Part shown: in pieces, positions 14,508-23,641 of the stretch
Numbering within the stretch: the first letter of the stretch is position 1
Layout: every line of letters starts with the position of its first letter
DNA from: a bacterium
Lineage (GTDB): Bacteria > Patescibacteriota > Minisyncoccia > UBA6257 > GWB1-50-10
Reading direction: 5' to 3'
DNA: 62,730 nucleotides
Assembly: GCA_021824045.1 (NCBI GenBank)
Contig: JAKALR010000001.1
Span: 1-62,730, forward strand
Made by a program: the position numbers and the translations under genes
The notes under the pieces: model-generated
Told to the model about the DNA's origin: nothing
The model's database searches: none
What the model saw: the letters and a program-made list of their open reading frames with translations, nothing else

Positions 14508-16613
14508 TTATGAGCTTTGGTATCCCAGGGTGAGCGTTATGGTGATCCGCTTGTCGGGATCATCGGTGTGGTAGGTGTAGACCGGCGAGTCGGATTCCAG
14601 CCAATAGTATTTGAACGGGGCGTTGATGGTCAAGTCGAGTGAATTTTGAACGCCGGACTGCCGTTCGAAGATGAACGTGTATTTCTGGCCGGGCATCAGG
14701 TTTTTGATGCTGCCGTAGCTCGTTTGGTAGCGCATGGCAAGCGTCGAGGTCGTCCCCGCCTTGGTGAAGAGCCAAGCTCCGAAAACATTCTTGCCGAACT
14801 CGGATCGCTGCCAGGTATCGAAGTTGGTGAGAAATACTTCGTTCGCTTGAATTGCCGCGAGATCGGGATTCACGGCATAGTCGGAATGCGCGTAGTCGAG
14901 CGTGCTGTATTTCTTCCGCGCGCTGTTTCCGGTCATGTCGACGAGGCTGGAGTTCGGCTCGGTGAAGATTTGGATGAAGTCGTTGTTGGTCGCCCGCCAC
15001 CAGGGGTCGGTTTGCGTGTTGCCGGTATGCGCCCGCACGACCGTCACGTTGGTAAAGGTGTTTCCGCTCGTGTCGATATCGACTTTGGCGCTGACTGATT
15101 CCTTGATGAACGCGTCGCTCTTGCCGCCGGCGATGTTCGCGTTCACGACTGCCAGGTAGTTTCCCCAAAATCCTTCGGGGAGTTGGTAGACGCTGCCGTC
15201 CACGTCGCTCGAATTGAGGAACGATGCAATGACCGGATCGGTGGAATAGAACATAATGTCCTTTTTGGCGATGTTGTTTTTGAGCGCGTCCATGAGCGCG
15301 CTTGCCTGCTCAGTCGAGAGGTTGTTCAGCTTTTCCATGAGGATCGGCGCCAAGACCTGGAGGATTTTCTTGGGCTGCCCCGCTTGCTTATTGGTCCCGG
15401 TTTCCGTTTCCCGTTGAACTTCTTCGAGGAAGTTCGAGGAGTCGACGGTCGGATAGCCCGGCGCCGTCACGGGACCCGTGATGGTGAGGAGCGAGTTCAC
15501 CACGTTGATATTGATGGCTATCGCGGCGTCGAACGTAATGCCTTTTTCAGAGTACATCTTGGACGCGTTCAGAAAATTCAAGGTTGTCTTGGCGGATGTC
15601 GGGAAATCGAAGAACCAGTTGGAATCCCGCGCGCCCCAGTTGGGCGTGGTTGCCTGGAGTTCTTCGGGAGGCACGATCTTCACGGCTAATTGGCCGTCGG
15701 GATCATAGATGTCCCGAACGTCCATGTTCTGCATCTGGCCGTTTTGGACACTCACGTCCGCGTAGCTTCCGATGAATCCTCCGCCGGGACGGATCTCGGC
15801 CGGGTTTTCAAAAAGGATTGCGATGTGTTTCGGGGTCGGTGAATTCAGGAAGTTGGTCAATTGGACGAGGACGTTGTCCCATCCATAGAGTTCCGAACTG
15901 TATTTCAGGTATTGGTTCCCGACGCTCTGATCGAGTCCGCCGAAGAACCCGGACATATTCTTGAGATACGAAGTTGTGTTTTTCACGCTCTCCGCCTGGG
16001 CATTCAGGTCCTGCACGAGGGAGTGCAGTTTCCCGAGGTCCGCGATGAGCGCCGGACCGTTGCTCTTGAAATACGTGAAGCCGTTTTTCTGGAGATCGTC
16101 GAGCGTGTTTGTGAGATCGAGAAGTTTCATATTGAGGGTGGATACCTGCCCCACGAGACCGAATGATTCTTTGACGATCGGAATGAAATTACCCAGGGTA
16201 TCGATGATGCTTTGCCCGAGTCCTTTCGTCACCAGATCGTTGATGTTGGCGAGTGACTTGGTGTTGCTCTGGAGGTATGCGGCGGCGGTCCCCGGTTCCA
16301 TGTTTTTCAGGGCTCCGACCGATGAATTGAAATTCTGCATGATCTGGGAGCCGTCCTGCTCGACAATTGATTTCATCTGCTTAATGTTGGCGAACGTGAT
16401 GCCGATGAAGGAAACAAGCCCGATGATCCCCGCCACGAAGACGGCGAGAACGATCCTTTTGATGATCGCGGCGACGCCCTTCTTCTCTTGTTGGGGCATC
16501 TTCATGAGGTTGACGGTCTCGAATTTGCGGAGGCGTTCGTAATCGAAATTCGGCTTCCTGACGTCAACGAGGATCGGCTCGATGTTTTTTTTGGGTACCT
16601 TTTTTTTCGGCAT
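14508..16613 (-). CDS. DUF4012 domain membrane-anchored protein
   Basis: AEIRPGGGFIGSYADV signature and N-terminal TM. Start trimmed to ATG 16613, just after the upstream GT stop. Confidence 0.75.
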   Translation of the reverse strand: MPKKKVPKKNIEPILVDVRKPNFDYERLRKFETVNLMKMPQQEKKGVAAIIKRIVLAVFVAGIIGLVSFIGITFANIKQMKSIVEQDGSQIMQNFNSSVGALKNMEPGTAAAYLQSNTKSLANINDLVTKGLGQSIIDTLGNFIPIVKESFGLVGQVSTLNMKLLDLTNTLDDLQKNGFTYFKSNGPALIADLGKLHSLVQDLNAQAESVKNTTSYLKNMSGFFGGLDQSVGNQYLKYSSELYGWDNVLVQLTNFLNSPTPKHIAILFENPAEIRPGGGFIGSYADVSVQNGQMQNMDVRDIYDPDGQLAVKIVPPEELQATTPNWGARDSNWFFDFPTSAKTTLNFLNASKMYSEKGITFDAAIAININVVNSLLTITGPVTAPGYPTVDSSNFLEEVQRETETGTNKQAGQPKKILQVLAPILMEKLNNLSTEQASALMDALKNNIAKKDIMFYSTDPVIASFLNSSDVDGSVYQLPEGFWGNYLAVVNANIAGGKSDAFIKESVSAKVDIDTSGNTFTNVTVVRAHTGNTQTDPWWRATNNDFIQIFTEPNSSLVDMTGNSARKKYSTLDYAHSDYAVNPDLAAIQANEVFLTNFDTWQRSEFGKNVFGAWLFTKAGTTSTLAMRYQTSYGSIKNLMPGQKYTFIFERQSGVQNSLDLTINAPFKYYWLESDSPVYTYHTDDPDKRITITLTLGYQSS

Positions 16614-16614
16614 G

Positions 16615-17757
16615 TTAGGCGATGGTTTTGAACGTATCGAGGAGCGCCCCGGCTGATTGTTTCCAGTCGAATCGTTTCGCATTTTCCCGGCCGGCGGCGA
16701 TCAATCGTTCCTTGGTCTTATTTTCCAACAAAACGTCTTCTATTGCCAATGCCAGCTGGTATGATTTCCAGGGATTCACGAGGATGGCGCTTTCCCCCAG
16801 CACTTCAGGCATGGGTCCCCGGTCGGAGGCCACGACGGGCGTTCCGCAGATTTGCGCCTCGAGGCACGGAAACGCGAATCCTTCGAAGAAAGACGGATAC
16901 ACGAAGACCGATGCGAGGTTGTAGAGCATGAGCAGATCCTCTTCCGTCGCTCGCCCCCAGATCAGGATGTCGTCGCGGAACGGAGAATGTTCCGCTTCGG
17001 CGAATATCTTCTCGTAGAGCCATCCCCGCGCGCCGACCAAGATCAGTTTCACGTTCTTGAATTGTTCTTTTTGCTTCAGGAGATTGAAGGCTCGGATGGT
17101 CCCGATCGCGTTTTTTCGGGGTTCCAGCGTCCCGACCTGGAGCAGGAACGGGAAATCAATATTTTTCGCCCTGGGGAACTCTCGGAGGCGTTCGTCGCCG
17201 GATTCCAGCTGCCGGTAGGAATTGTTCACGCCGGGATAGATGCGGACGATCTTCTCCGGCTTCACGTGAAACCGGTCGATGATGCTTTGGCGCGTGAACT
17301 CCGATACCGCTACGATGCGTCCCGCTTCCCGGATTTGCTTTTCGTAATTTTGTCTCCAGTGCCAGAAGTTTTTCGTCCACGTGAAGAATTCCGGGTAAAG
17401 AACGAAAGAAAGATCATGGATGGTAAGGATGTGTTTGCCGGGATTTTCAAACGACAGGATGTCCATGTGGGGGCTCCAGTAGACATCCGCCGCGACGAGG
17501 CGGTCTATTTTGGGAAAATTGAAGAAACGGTTGGCGATTCCCCAGACTTTATTGGGTATGCCGTAGTTCAGCCACGTTCCCTTCACCGTGTTTTCGAGGG
17601 GGTATCCGCCGCGGTTTTTTCCGGAGCGATTGGCGAAGAAAAGGAATTCTTCACCGGGCGCTTCGGCCGCGAGGCTCTTCGTCATGAGCCGGGTGTATTC
17701 GGGGACGCCCGAGACGATGGAAGCGTACAGTGAACGCACATCGATGAATATTTTCAT
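16615..17757 (-). CDS. glycosyltransferase family 4
   Basis: EGFAFPCLEAQICGTPVVASDRGPMPEV (EX7E region). Confidence 0.85.
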   Translation of the reverse strand: MKIFIDVRSLYASIVSGVPEYTRLMTKSLAAEAPGEEFLFFANRSGKNRGGYPLENTVKGTWLNYGIPNKVWGIANRFFNFPKIDRLVAADVYWSPHMDILSFENPGKHILTIHDLSFVLYPEFFTWTKNFWHWRQNYEKQIREAGRIVAVSEFTRQSIIDRFHVKPEKIVRIYPGVNNSYRQLESGDERLREFPRAKNIDFPFLLQVGTLEPRKNAIGTIRAFNLLKQKEQFKNVKLILVGARGWLYEKIFAEAEHSPFRDDILIWGRATEEDLLMLYNLASVFVYPSFFEGFAFPCLEAQICGTPVVASDRGPMPEVLGESAILVNPWKSYQLALAIEDVLLENKTKERLIAAGRENAKRFDWKQSAGALLDTFKTIA

Positions 17758-17863
17758 CCCGTTAGAAACAAAGCACTTTCTTCATAGGCGGTTGCCTATA
17801 GTGCGCAGTTGACTCGACTTTGTGAGTGATTTACTTTTTATAAGTTTGCGGTTTCTCACGGGA
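17758..17863. mobile_element. MITE-like element family 1, copy 2 (106 nt) inserted at a start codon
   Basis: Same termini as copy 1, flanked by TTCAT (17753-17757) and TTCAT (17864-17868). Confidence 0.8.
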
Positions 17864-17877
17864 TTCATGAAACGGTT

Positions 17878-18975
17878 TTATAATCGCAGGCCGTATTCCT
17901 GGAGAACGTTCAGAAATTTTTGTATGAAGACCTCTTTTGAAAATCGTTCCGCGGCTTTCGCGATGGCGTTCCTCTGGAAATGCATGTTCTCGAAATCTTT
18001 GACGGCCTCAATGATGGCCGCCGGCGTTTGTTCGTTGAAGAACAGGCCGGTCTTCTTGTTTTCGACAATATCCCGAATCCCCCCCTTCTCGTAGGCGATG
18101 ACCGGTGTGCCGCACGCTTGGGCCTCCGCGGCGACCAATCCGAAATCCTCGATTTGCGGAAAGATGAGCGCCTTGGCGTTGGAGTAGAGTTTCCGGAGTT
18201 CCTTGTCGTCGGCTTTCGTTATGAACTCTATCTTTTGCGACCGGGCCATCGTTCTCAGCTTCTGGAGTTCGGGGCCGCTCCCGACGATTTTCAAAGGTTT
18301 CTGCAACTGATTGAACGCGGCGATGCCGACGTCGAATCCTTTGTAATAGAGCAATCTGCCAACCATGAGGTAGTAATCCTTCTTGCCGCCGATGCTTTCG
18401 GGGAAAAAGGTTTTGAGATTGACCGGCGGATTCACGACCACCGAATCCCTGCCGTAGTACGATTTTATCTTTCCGGCGATGAAGGAAGAATTCGCCATGA
18501 AGAGATTGACCTTCGCCGCCGATTTCTTGTCCCAGTTCCTGAGGCGCTTCGCTATCGGATACGCGATGGCGTTTGAAAGGGCGCGGGGCGAGGCGGACAT
18601 GTTTTTCAGGTAATCAATCTCCCACGCGTACCGCAGGGGCGTGTGGCAGTAGCTCACGTGGTATTGCCCGCGGACGTTGATGCCCTTGCCGTAGCCCGCG
18701 GTGGAAGAAATGACGAGGTCATATTCCTCCGGAGAAGTCAGGAATTTCGCGGCGAGCGGCATGAGCGGGATAAGAGCGCGATGATGGTTTCGCACGAAGG
18801 CGTTGTCGAGGAAGCTGGTCTTCTTGATATTCCGGTCGAAGAGCCCGCCGGTCTTTTGCTTGTCGTACAGAAGCGTGTAGAGGTCTGCGTTGGGAAAAAT
18901 TTCCAGGAGGACTTTCACGACTCGTTCCGCTCCTCCAAATTGGTTCAAGTAATCATGTAGAATTGCCACTCGCAT
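17878..18975 (-). CDS. glycosyltransferase family 4
   Basis: EDFGLVAAEAQACGTPVIAYEKGGIRDIV. Confidence 0.85.
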   Translation of the reverse strand: MRVAILHDYLNQFGGAERVVKVLLEIFPNADLYTLLYDKQKTGGLFDRNIKKTSFLDNAFVRNHHRALIPLMPLAAKFLTSPEEYDLVISSTAGYGKGINVRGQYHVSYCHTPLRYAWEIDYLKNMSASPRALSNAIAYPIAKRLRNWDKKSAAKVNLFMANSSFIAGKIKSYYGRDSVVVNPPVNLKTFFPESIGGKKDYYLMVGRLLYYKGFDVGIAAFNQLQKPLKIVGSGPELQKLRTMARSQKIEFITKADDKELRKLYSNAKALIFPQIEDFGLVAAEAQACGTPVIAYEKGGIRDIVENKKTGLFFNEQTPAAIIEAVKDFENMHFQRNAIAKAAERFSKEVFIQKFLNVLQEYGLRL

Positions 18976-19042
18976 TGGTTCAATTCTACAGCTACTTCAA
19001 GAGAAATGAAAATCACGCCGATAGAGCGGATACTCTCCGTTG

Positions 19043-19642
19043 CTACACTCCGGTCGGGTCCGAGAAAAGTATGGCGATGGTTTTCCCGAGAATCTTCAAG
19101 TCCGCGAGGAACGATTCATGATCTACGTAATAGATGTCCAGCGCTACTTCATCTTTGAACGGCAGCTTCGAAGCGCCCATGACCTGCGAAAGGCCGGTGA
19201 GGCCGGATTTTGCGAGCGCGAGCCGCTTGAACTCCGGCGGGTATTTTGATATCTCTTCGGGTTCGTGCGGCCGCGGACCCACGAGCGATATATCACCCGA
19301 AAGGACGTTCCACGCTTGCGGGAATTCGTCCAGGCGGAATTTGCGGAGCAGTTTCCCGGTTTTTGTCAGTCGCGGGTCGTTCTTGATCTTGAAGAGCGGC
19401 CCGTCCTTGCGTTCGTTCAGTCCATCCAGTTCTTTTTTCATGGCGTGCGCTCCCCGAATCATGGAACGGAATTTCCAAACCCGGATCACCTTGCCGCCGC
19501 TTATCCGGTCAAGCCTCACGAATATTGGGAAACCGTCCTCGATCGCTATCGCGACCCCGATGAACGGCGTGAGGACGACGGTAATGATCGATGCCGGCAA
19601 AGCGACGATGAAGTCCAATATTCTTTTCCCCCGATAAGCCAT
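19043..19642 (-). CDS. undecaprenyl-phosphate sugar phosphotransferase (bacterial sugar transferase family)
   Basis: KFRSM..GPLFKIKNDPRLTKTGKLLRKFRLDEFPQAWNVLSGDISLVGPRP. Start trimmed to the ATG overlapping the rsmI stop (TAATG). Confidence 0.8.
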   Translation of the reverse strand: MAYRGKRILDFIVALPASIITVVLTPFIGVAIAIEDGFPIFVRLDRISGGKVIRVWKFRSMIRGAHAMKKELDGLNERKDGPLFKIKNDPRLTKTGKLLRKFRLDEFPQAWNVLSGDISLVGPRPHEPEEISKYPPEFKRLALAKSGLTGLSQVMGASKLPFKDEVALDIYYVDHESFLADLKILGKTIAILFSDPTGV

Positions 19643-20316
19643 TATGGTGTTATGATCACGAATTCCCCTTTCCCCTTTTCCTTTTCGAAATATTTTTTCG
19701 CTTCCTCGACGGTCCCCCGCCAAATCTCTTCATGGATTTTCGTCAATTCTTTCGCCACGATGAGGGGATGGTTGGGGCCGCAGATATGCTCCATGTCGGC
19801 GAATGTTTTTTGCAGCCGGTGCGGCGATTCATAGATAATGACGGGTCGAATCCCGATTTCTTTCAATGTTTGGAAGAACGTTCGCCTTCCCTTTTTATGG
19901 GGTGGGTATCCGGCGAATGTGAATTTGTCCGCGTTCATGCCCGAAGCGGAGAGAGCGGCGGCGATCGCCGAAGGTCCCGGGATGGGGACGATTTTCACCT
20001 CCGGCGTCCGGTCTCTCACGAACGCGATGAGTTTCGATCCGGGGTCGGCGATATTCGGCGTGCCGGCGTCGGTTACCATGGCAATGGCTTTTCCCGATCC
20101 CAAAAATTCAAGAACCCGTTCGTAGAGGTCGTTTTTCGCGTATTCGTCGTACCGCCACATGGGTTTCTTAATGCCAAGATGGTTCAGGAGCTTTCCCGTC
20201 ACGCGTGTGTCTTCGGCCAATATCAAATCGACGCCTTTCAGCGTCTCAACTCCCCGTTCCGTTATGTCTTTCAGATTTCCTATGGGTGTCGCCACCACGT
20301 ATAATTTACCGTTCAT
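19642..20316 (-). CDS. rsmI: 16S rRNA (cytidine1402-2'-O)-methyltransferase
   Basis: GKLYVVATPIGNLKDIT..ILAEDTR, tetrapyrrole-methylase fold family. Confidence 0.9.
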   Translation of the reverse strand: MNGKLYVVATPIGNLKDITERGVETLKGVDLILAEDTRVTGKLLNHLGIKKPMWRYDEYAKNDLYERVLEFLGSGKAIAMVTDAGTPNIADPGSKLIAFVRDRTPEVKIVPIPGPSAIAAALSASGMNADKFTFAGYPPHKKGRRTFFQTLKEIGIRPVIIYESPHRLQKTFADMEHICGPNHPLIVAKELTKIHEEIWRGTVEEAKKYFEKEKGKGEFVIITP

Positions 20317-20386
20317 GATTTTCTCAATTTTTTAATTTTGTAATTTTATAAATAAATCTCTAATTTTCAAAAGTTTTTAAACATTA

Positions 20387-20418
20387 TTTAAAAATTAAAA
20401 ATTGGAAATTAAAAATTT
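20387..20418. repeat. AT-rich intergenic motif, copy 3
   Basis: TTTAAAAATTAAAAATTGGAAATTAAAAATTT, upstream of rsmI. Confidence 0.8.
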
Positions 20419-20549
20419 ATTTCAAACCTTTACTTTAGATTTTATCCTTGATTGAGCGTTTCTGACTTTGCAATGCTGACGATATCGAAAAAGAGCTGGC
20501 GTCCGGTATGCCGGATTGCCCGGCCTGTTTCCAATTTTAGCACGATTTT

Positions 20550-21323
20550 TCATTTTACCCGAAACAGTTTCTTTACCTTTTTGTCGCGCGACCATCCGGC
20601 AATCCTTTTTTTCATTAGCTCTTCCCCGTTCCGATAGTCTTTTTCTATTACTTTTATGACCTCAACGAAGGCGTCGTCGATTATCCCGCTCTTTTCCGTT
20701 GAATGGCGGTAGACCGCAGAGAGGGCATAGCCGAAACCGTTTGCGATGAGTGGCCCTCCTTTTTTATTTGACGTTTTCCCTATCCACGCCGTAATTGTTT
20801 TTCTGTGGCCGATGATTGCGAGGAGCGTCCTTCTCATGCCGTCGAATACATGGAAGCCATCCGGTCCTTCCCAGAGGAATATCGGATAATCGTCTCGCTC
20901 TTGGTGCTTTGAAAACCCCGTTTTTAAAATGGCACCCCTCGCCTTTTTGTTGGTTTCCCATAATTTCAAGAATTGCATGGGGTCGCTTTTACACTTCGCC
21001 ATTGTGTAACGATCGATTTCCGGAGACATCCCGGTAAGCACTATCTTCTCCAGGGGAATTTCTTTGCGCGTCCAAATAAATCGTGTATCCGATAATATCC
21101 GGAAAACAGCTTTGAGTTTCCAGTCTTCGGCTATGGCCGCGACGAGATTCCAAAATGACGATTCGCCCTGCGTTTTTGGGAAGTTCGCAATTTCCCGGTC
21201 TATTGCCTGCCACGTTTTTTTGTCTTTGATGCTGCCCAGTATCTTTCTAAATTCATGCTGCAAATATTGGATTGCCATCTTTTCGGCGTTTTTCGACGGG
21301 GTCAATTTCAGCTCATTTTTCAT
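20550..21323 (-). CDS. hypothetical protein with weak ParB/sulfiredoxin-like motif
   Basis: FHVFDGMRRTLLAII resembles the DGxxR core of ParB-N/Srx folds. Start overlaps the mltG stop. Visibly AT-rich. Confidence 0.55.
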   Translation of the reverse strand: MKNELKLTPSKNAEKMAIQYLQHEFRKILGSIKDKKTWQAIDREIANFPKTQGESSFWNLVAAIAEDWKLKAVFRILSDTRFIWTRKEIPLEKIVLTGMSPEIDRYTMAKCKSDPMQFLKLWETNKKARGAILKTGFSKHQERDDYPIFLWEGPDGFHVFDGMRRTLLAIIGHRKTITAWIGKTSNKKGGPLIANGFGYALSAVYRHSTEKSGIIDDAFVEVIKVIEKDYRNGEELMKKRIAGWSRDKKVKKLFRVK

Positions 21324-22285
21324 TTGAGGTATTGCTCTATGTTTAATTTTTGCTCAGCGTAGGTATTTGCGCAATGGATGACGCGGTTCGCGTCGTGGAG
21401 ATAGTAAAGACACGTCGTGGTTTGCGGGTTCAATGCGGCGTTCATCGCCGCAAGTCCGGGATTCGAAATGGGTGTCGGCGGGAGGCCTCTGTGGAGATAC
21501 GTATTGTAGGGTGAATTGATTTTCAAATCGGCGACGGCAAGCGGCGCCCAGTAGCCCTGGCCGGTATTACCGCGCGCGTACTCGATGGTTGCGTCGATAT
21601 CGAGGGGCATATTTTTCAAGAGCCGGTTCCAGATAATGCCCGAGATGAGCGCCATGTCACTCGTCCCGGCCGCCTCTCGTTGGATAATCGAAGCGATCTT
21701 CAAGGCCGTTGTCCATTTGATGTTTTGAGCTGCCGCTTCTTTCGCGTATGGCGCGAAGCTCTCGTTGAATTGGGTTATGAATCTTTGCGCGATCTGGGTA
21801 CCCGTTTCGTCGACGGGCAGAAGGTAGGTATCGGGGAAATAAACTCCCTCTTGATAATCGTTGCCGCCCAGCGTTTGATAAGCATTCAAAAATTGGTTTT
21901 TGGTCGCGTCGGTCCATCCGAGATCTTTTTGGAGAAGATCCGCAGTCTCCTCTTTCCGCAGGCCCTCCGGCACGACGACCCACTTCATATACGGCGGTTG
22001 TCGGAGAATCGCGGCAACTTCAAAAGCGTTCATGCCTCCGGAAATCTGGTATCCGCCCGGAGTGATGGTCGGGTTTCCCTCGAGAAGAAGCGCGACCGAG
22101 AAACCGAAACTGCTCCGGATGAACCCCTGACTTGCCAAATTTTGTATCGCTTGGGCGTTGTTTTCGCCGAGGGGCGCCACGAATCGTTCAGGCGTCGGCG
22201 CTCCTCCCGGCGCGCCGAAGAAAAGATAGTATGCCGCTCCCAGAACGAGAATCACCAAGCCCCCGATGATGAGTGTTTTTTTCAT
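21320..22285 (-). CDS. mltG: endolytic murein transglycosylase MltG (YceG-like)
   Basis: N-terminal TM plus YNTYLHRGLPPTPISNPG, typical of the YceG family. Confidence 0.85.
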   Translation of the reverse strand: MKKTLIIGGLVILVLGAAYYLFFGAPGGAPTPERFVAPLGENNAQAIQNLASQGFIRSSFGFSVALLLEGNPTITPGGYQISGGMNAFEVAAILRQPPYMKWVVVPEGLRKEETADLLQKDLGWTDATKNQFLNAYQTLGGNDYQEGVYFPDTYLLPVDETGTQIAQRFITQFNESFAPYAKEAAAQNIKWTTALKIASIIQREAAGTSDMALISGIIWNRLLKNMPLDIDATIEYARGNTGQGYWAPLAVADLKINSPYNTYLHRGLPPTPISNPGLAAMNAALNPQTTTCLYYLHDANRVIHCANTYAEQKLNIEQYLK

Positions 22286-22340
22286 ATTCCTCTTTAGCCA
22301 TTATAACCTCCCCGTCCTTGATAGTATAACCGTATCGGGG

Positions 22341-22372
22341 TTTAAAAATTAAAAATTGGAAATTAAAAATTC
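22341..22372. repeat. AT-rich intergenic motif, copy 4
   Basis: TTTAAAAATTAAAAATTGGAAATTAAAAATTC, between divergent mltG and the TrpR-like gene. Confidence 0.8.
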
Positions 22373-22377
22373 CCAGT

Positions 22378-22395
22378 GGTATACTATAGTATACC
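22378..22395. promoter_or_regulatory. perfect palindrome GGTATACTATAGTATACC overlapping a TATACT -10
   Basis: Directly upstream of the TrpR-like gene. Related to 11901-11917. Confidence 0.5.
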
Positions 22396-22405
22396 ATCCG
22401 GAAAT

Positions 22406-22696
22406 ATGCCGAGAACGAGCAAAAAATATTTTGATAAGAAAACAAAAGAAGAAATCTGGAAATCTCTTTTTGAGGCATTGCAAAAAATAAAAGGAGGTAA
22501 TGACGTTGAGAGGATAATGGACCGACTGCTTTCCGGAGACGAGAAGATGATGCTTGAGAAAAGGTTGGCAATCCTCAGTTTGCTCAAAGAAGGCGTCTCA
22601 ATCAGGGAAATCAGTCGGCGTTTGAGCGTAACGCGGCGAACCATCACGTTTTTAAGATCCGGCTTCAAGCAAAGAAGCAGCGGAAAGGGGCGGTAA
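22406..22696 (+). CDS. TrpR-like YerC/YecD family DNA-binding protein
   Basis: DEKMMLEKRLAILSLLKEGVSIREISRRLSVTRRTIT. Start trimmed to ATG 22406. Confidence 0.7.
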   Translation: MPRTSKKYFDKKTKEEIWKSLFEALQKIKGGNDVERIMDRLLSGDEKMMLEKRLAILSLLKEGVSIREISRRLSVTRRTITFLRSGFKQRSSGKGR

Positions 22697-22698
22697 GC

Positions 22699-22932
22699 TT
22701 ACTCGCCGATGTATTTGAATCGGGGGACTTTTTGGCCGTTGACTTCCACTTTTTCGAGAAACATATTGAGCGGGCGGACCCAGATTTGGCCTTCGTCGTA
22801 GAGTGCTTGGTAGACGACCATCTCTTCCATCGTCTCGCTGTGTTTAGCCACTCCGAGAACCCGGTACCGGTGATGTTCCGGTTTGAAATGTTCGTAGACA
22901 CCCAATTTGAGGTTTTTTGCTTCTTCGGTCAT
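22699..22932 (-). CDS. DUF1653 family protein
   Basis: YEHFKPEHHRYRVLGVAKHSETMEEMVVYQALY..WVRPLNMF. Confidence 0.7.
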   Translation of the reverse strand: MTEEAKNLKLGVYEHFKPEHHRYRVLGVAKHSETMEEMVVYQALYDEGQIWVRPLNMFLEKVEVNGQKVPRFKYIGE

Positions 22933-23510
22933 GATTTTCTTTTAATGAAGCCGTCGAAGGTTATTCTTTCGTAGTCCAATTCATCGATGCCGTTCATTTT
23001 GTAAATTTGGTTAGTGGAAAAGATTTTTTGATCGGCGGAATCGAGACGGAGAAGCTTTTCAGCTTCGCTGACTTTCTCCCATGACGGCGCTTCGATTTCG
23101 AGATACGGATTGAGTTTCGGCCAGGTATCGATGTCGAATTCAATATCCCCTTTTTGCCAGCGGATTCTTTTGTTTTCCTCATAGAACTTATAGATCATGC
23201 CGATGCTCAGGAGGAAATCGACTGTTTTTTGGTAATCGTTCACGATGATTTCCACTTCTTTCATGCTCCGGTCGGAAGTTTTTCCATCATCGCTCGAAAC
23301 TCCCAGCCGCTGCTTGAAGGTAAGGGTAATGCGTTCGCCTTCATCCCGCAGACGAACCCATGCCGCCTGCTTATCTAAGGGAAATCCCGGGAAATCGAAA
23401 ACCTGCCGGCGATAGAAGTATTCACCGACTTTATGCGCCCCAATCGCCTTCAACTTTTCTTCGATTGCCGCCGGATCGATATCAAGGAACTTCACTTCTT
23501 TTTCTTCCAT
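22929..23510 (-). CDS. CYTH domain protein (class IV adenylyl cyclase / triphosphate tunnel metalloenzyme)
   Basis: EVKFLDID..WVRLRDEGERITLTFK..EVEI..FDIDTWP..LEIE. Confidence 0.75.
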   Translation of the reverse strand: MEEKEVKFLDIDPAAIEEKLKAIGAHKVGEYFYRRQVFDFPGFPLDKQAAWVRLRDEGERITLTFKQRLGVSSDDGKTSDRSMKEVEIIVNDYQKTVDFLLSIGMIYKFYEENKRIRWQKGDIEFDIDTWPKLNPYLEIEAPSWEKVSEAEKLLRLDSADQKIFSTNQIYKMNGIDELDYERITFDGFIKRKS

Positions 23511-23617
23511 CCCGTTAGAAACAAAACACCTTTTTTATAAGCAGCTACCTATGATGTGCTGCTGACTCGACTTTATGCGCGGACATATTTTTCATAAGTT
23601 TGTGGTTTCTCACGGGA
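23511..23617. mobile_element. MITE-like element family 1, copy 3 (107 nt) inserted at a start codon
   Basis: Same termini, flanked by TCCAT (23506-23510) and TCCAT (23618-23622). The flank differs from copies 1 and 2 but is duplicated on both sides. Confidence 0.8.
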
Positions 23618-23641
23618 TCCATGGCTTTTATGGTAACCTCT

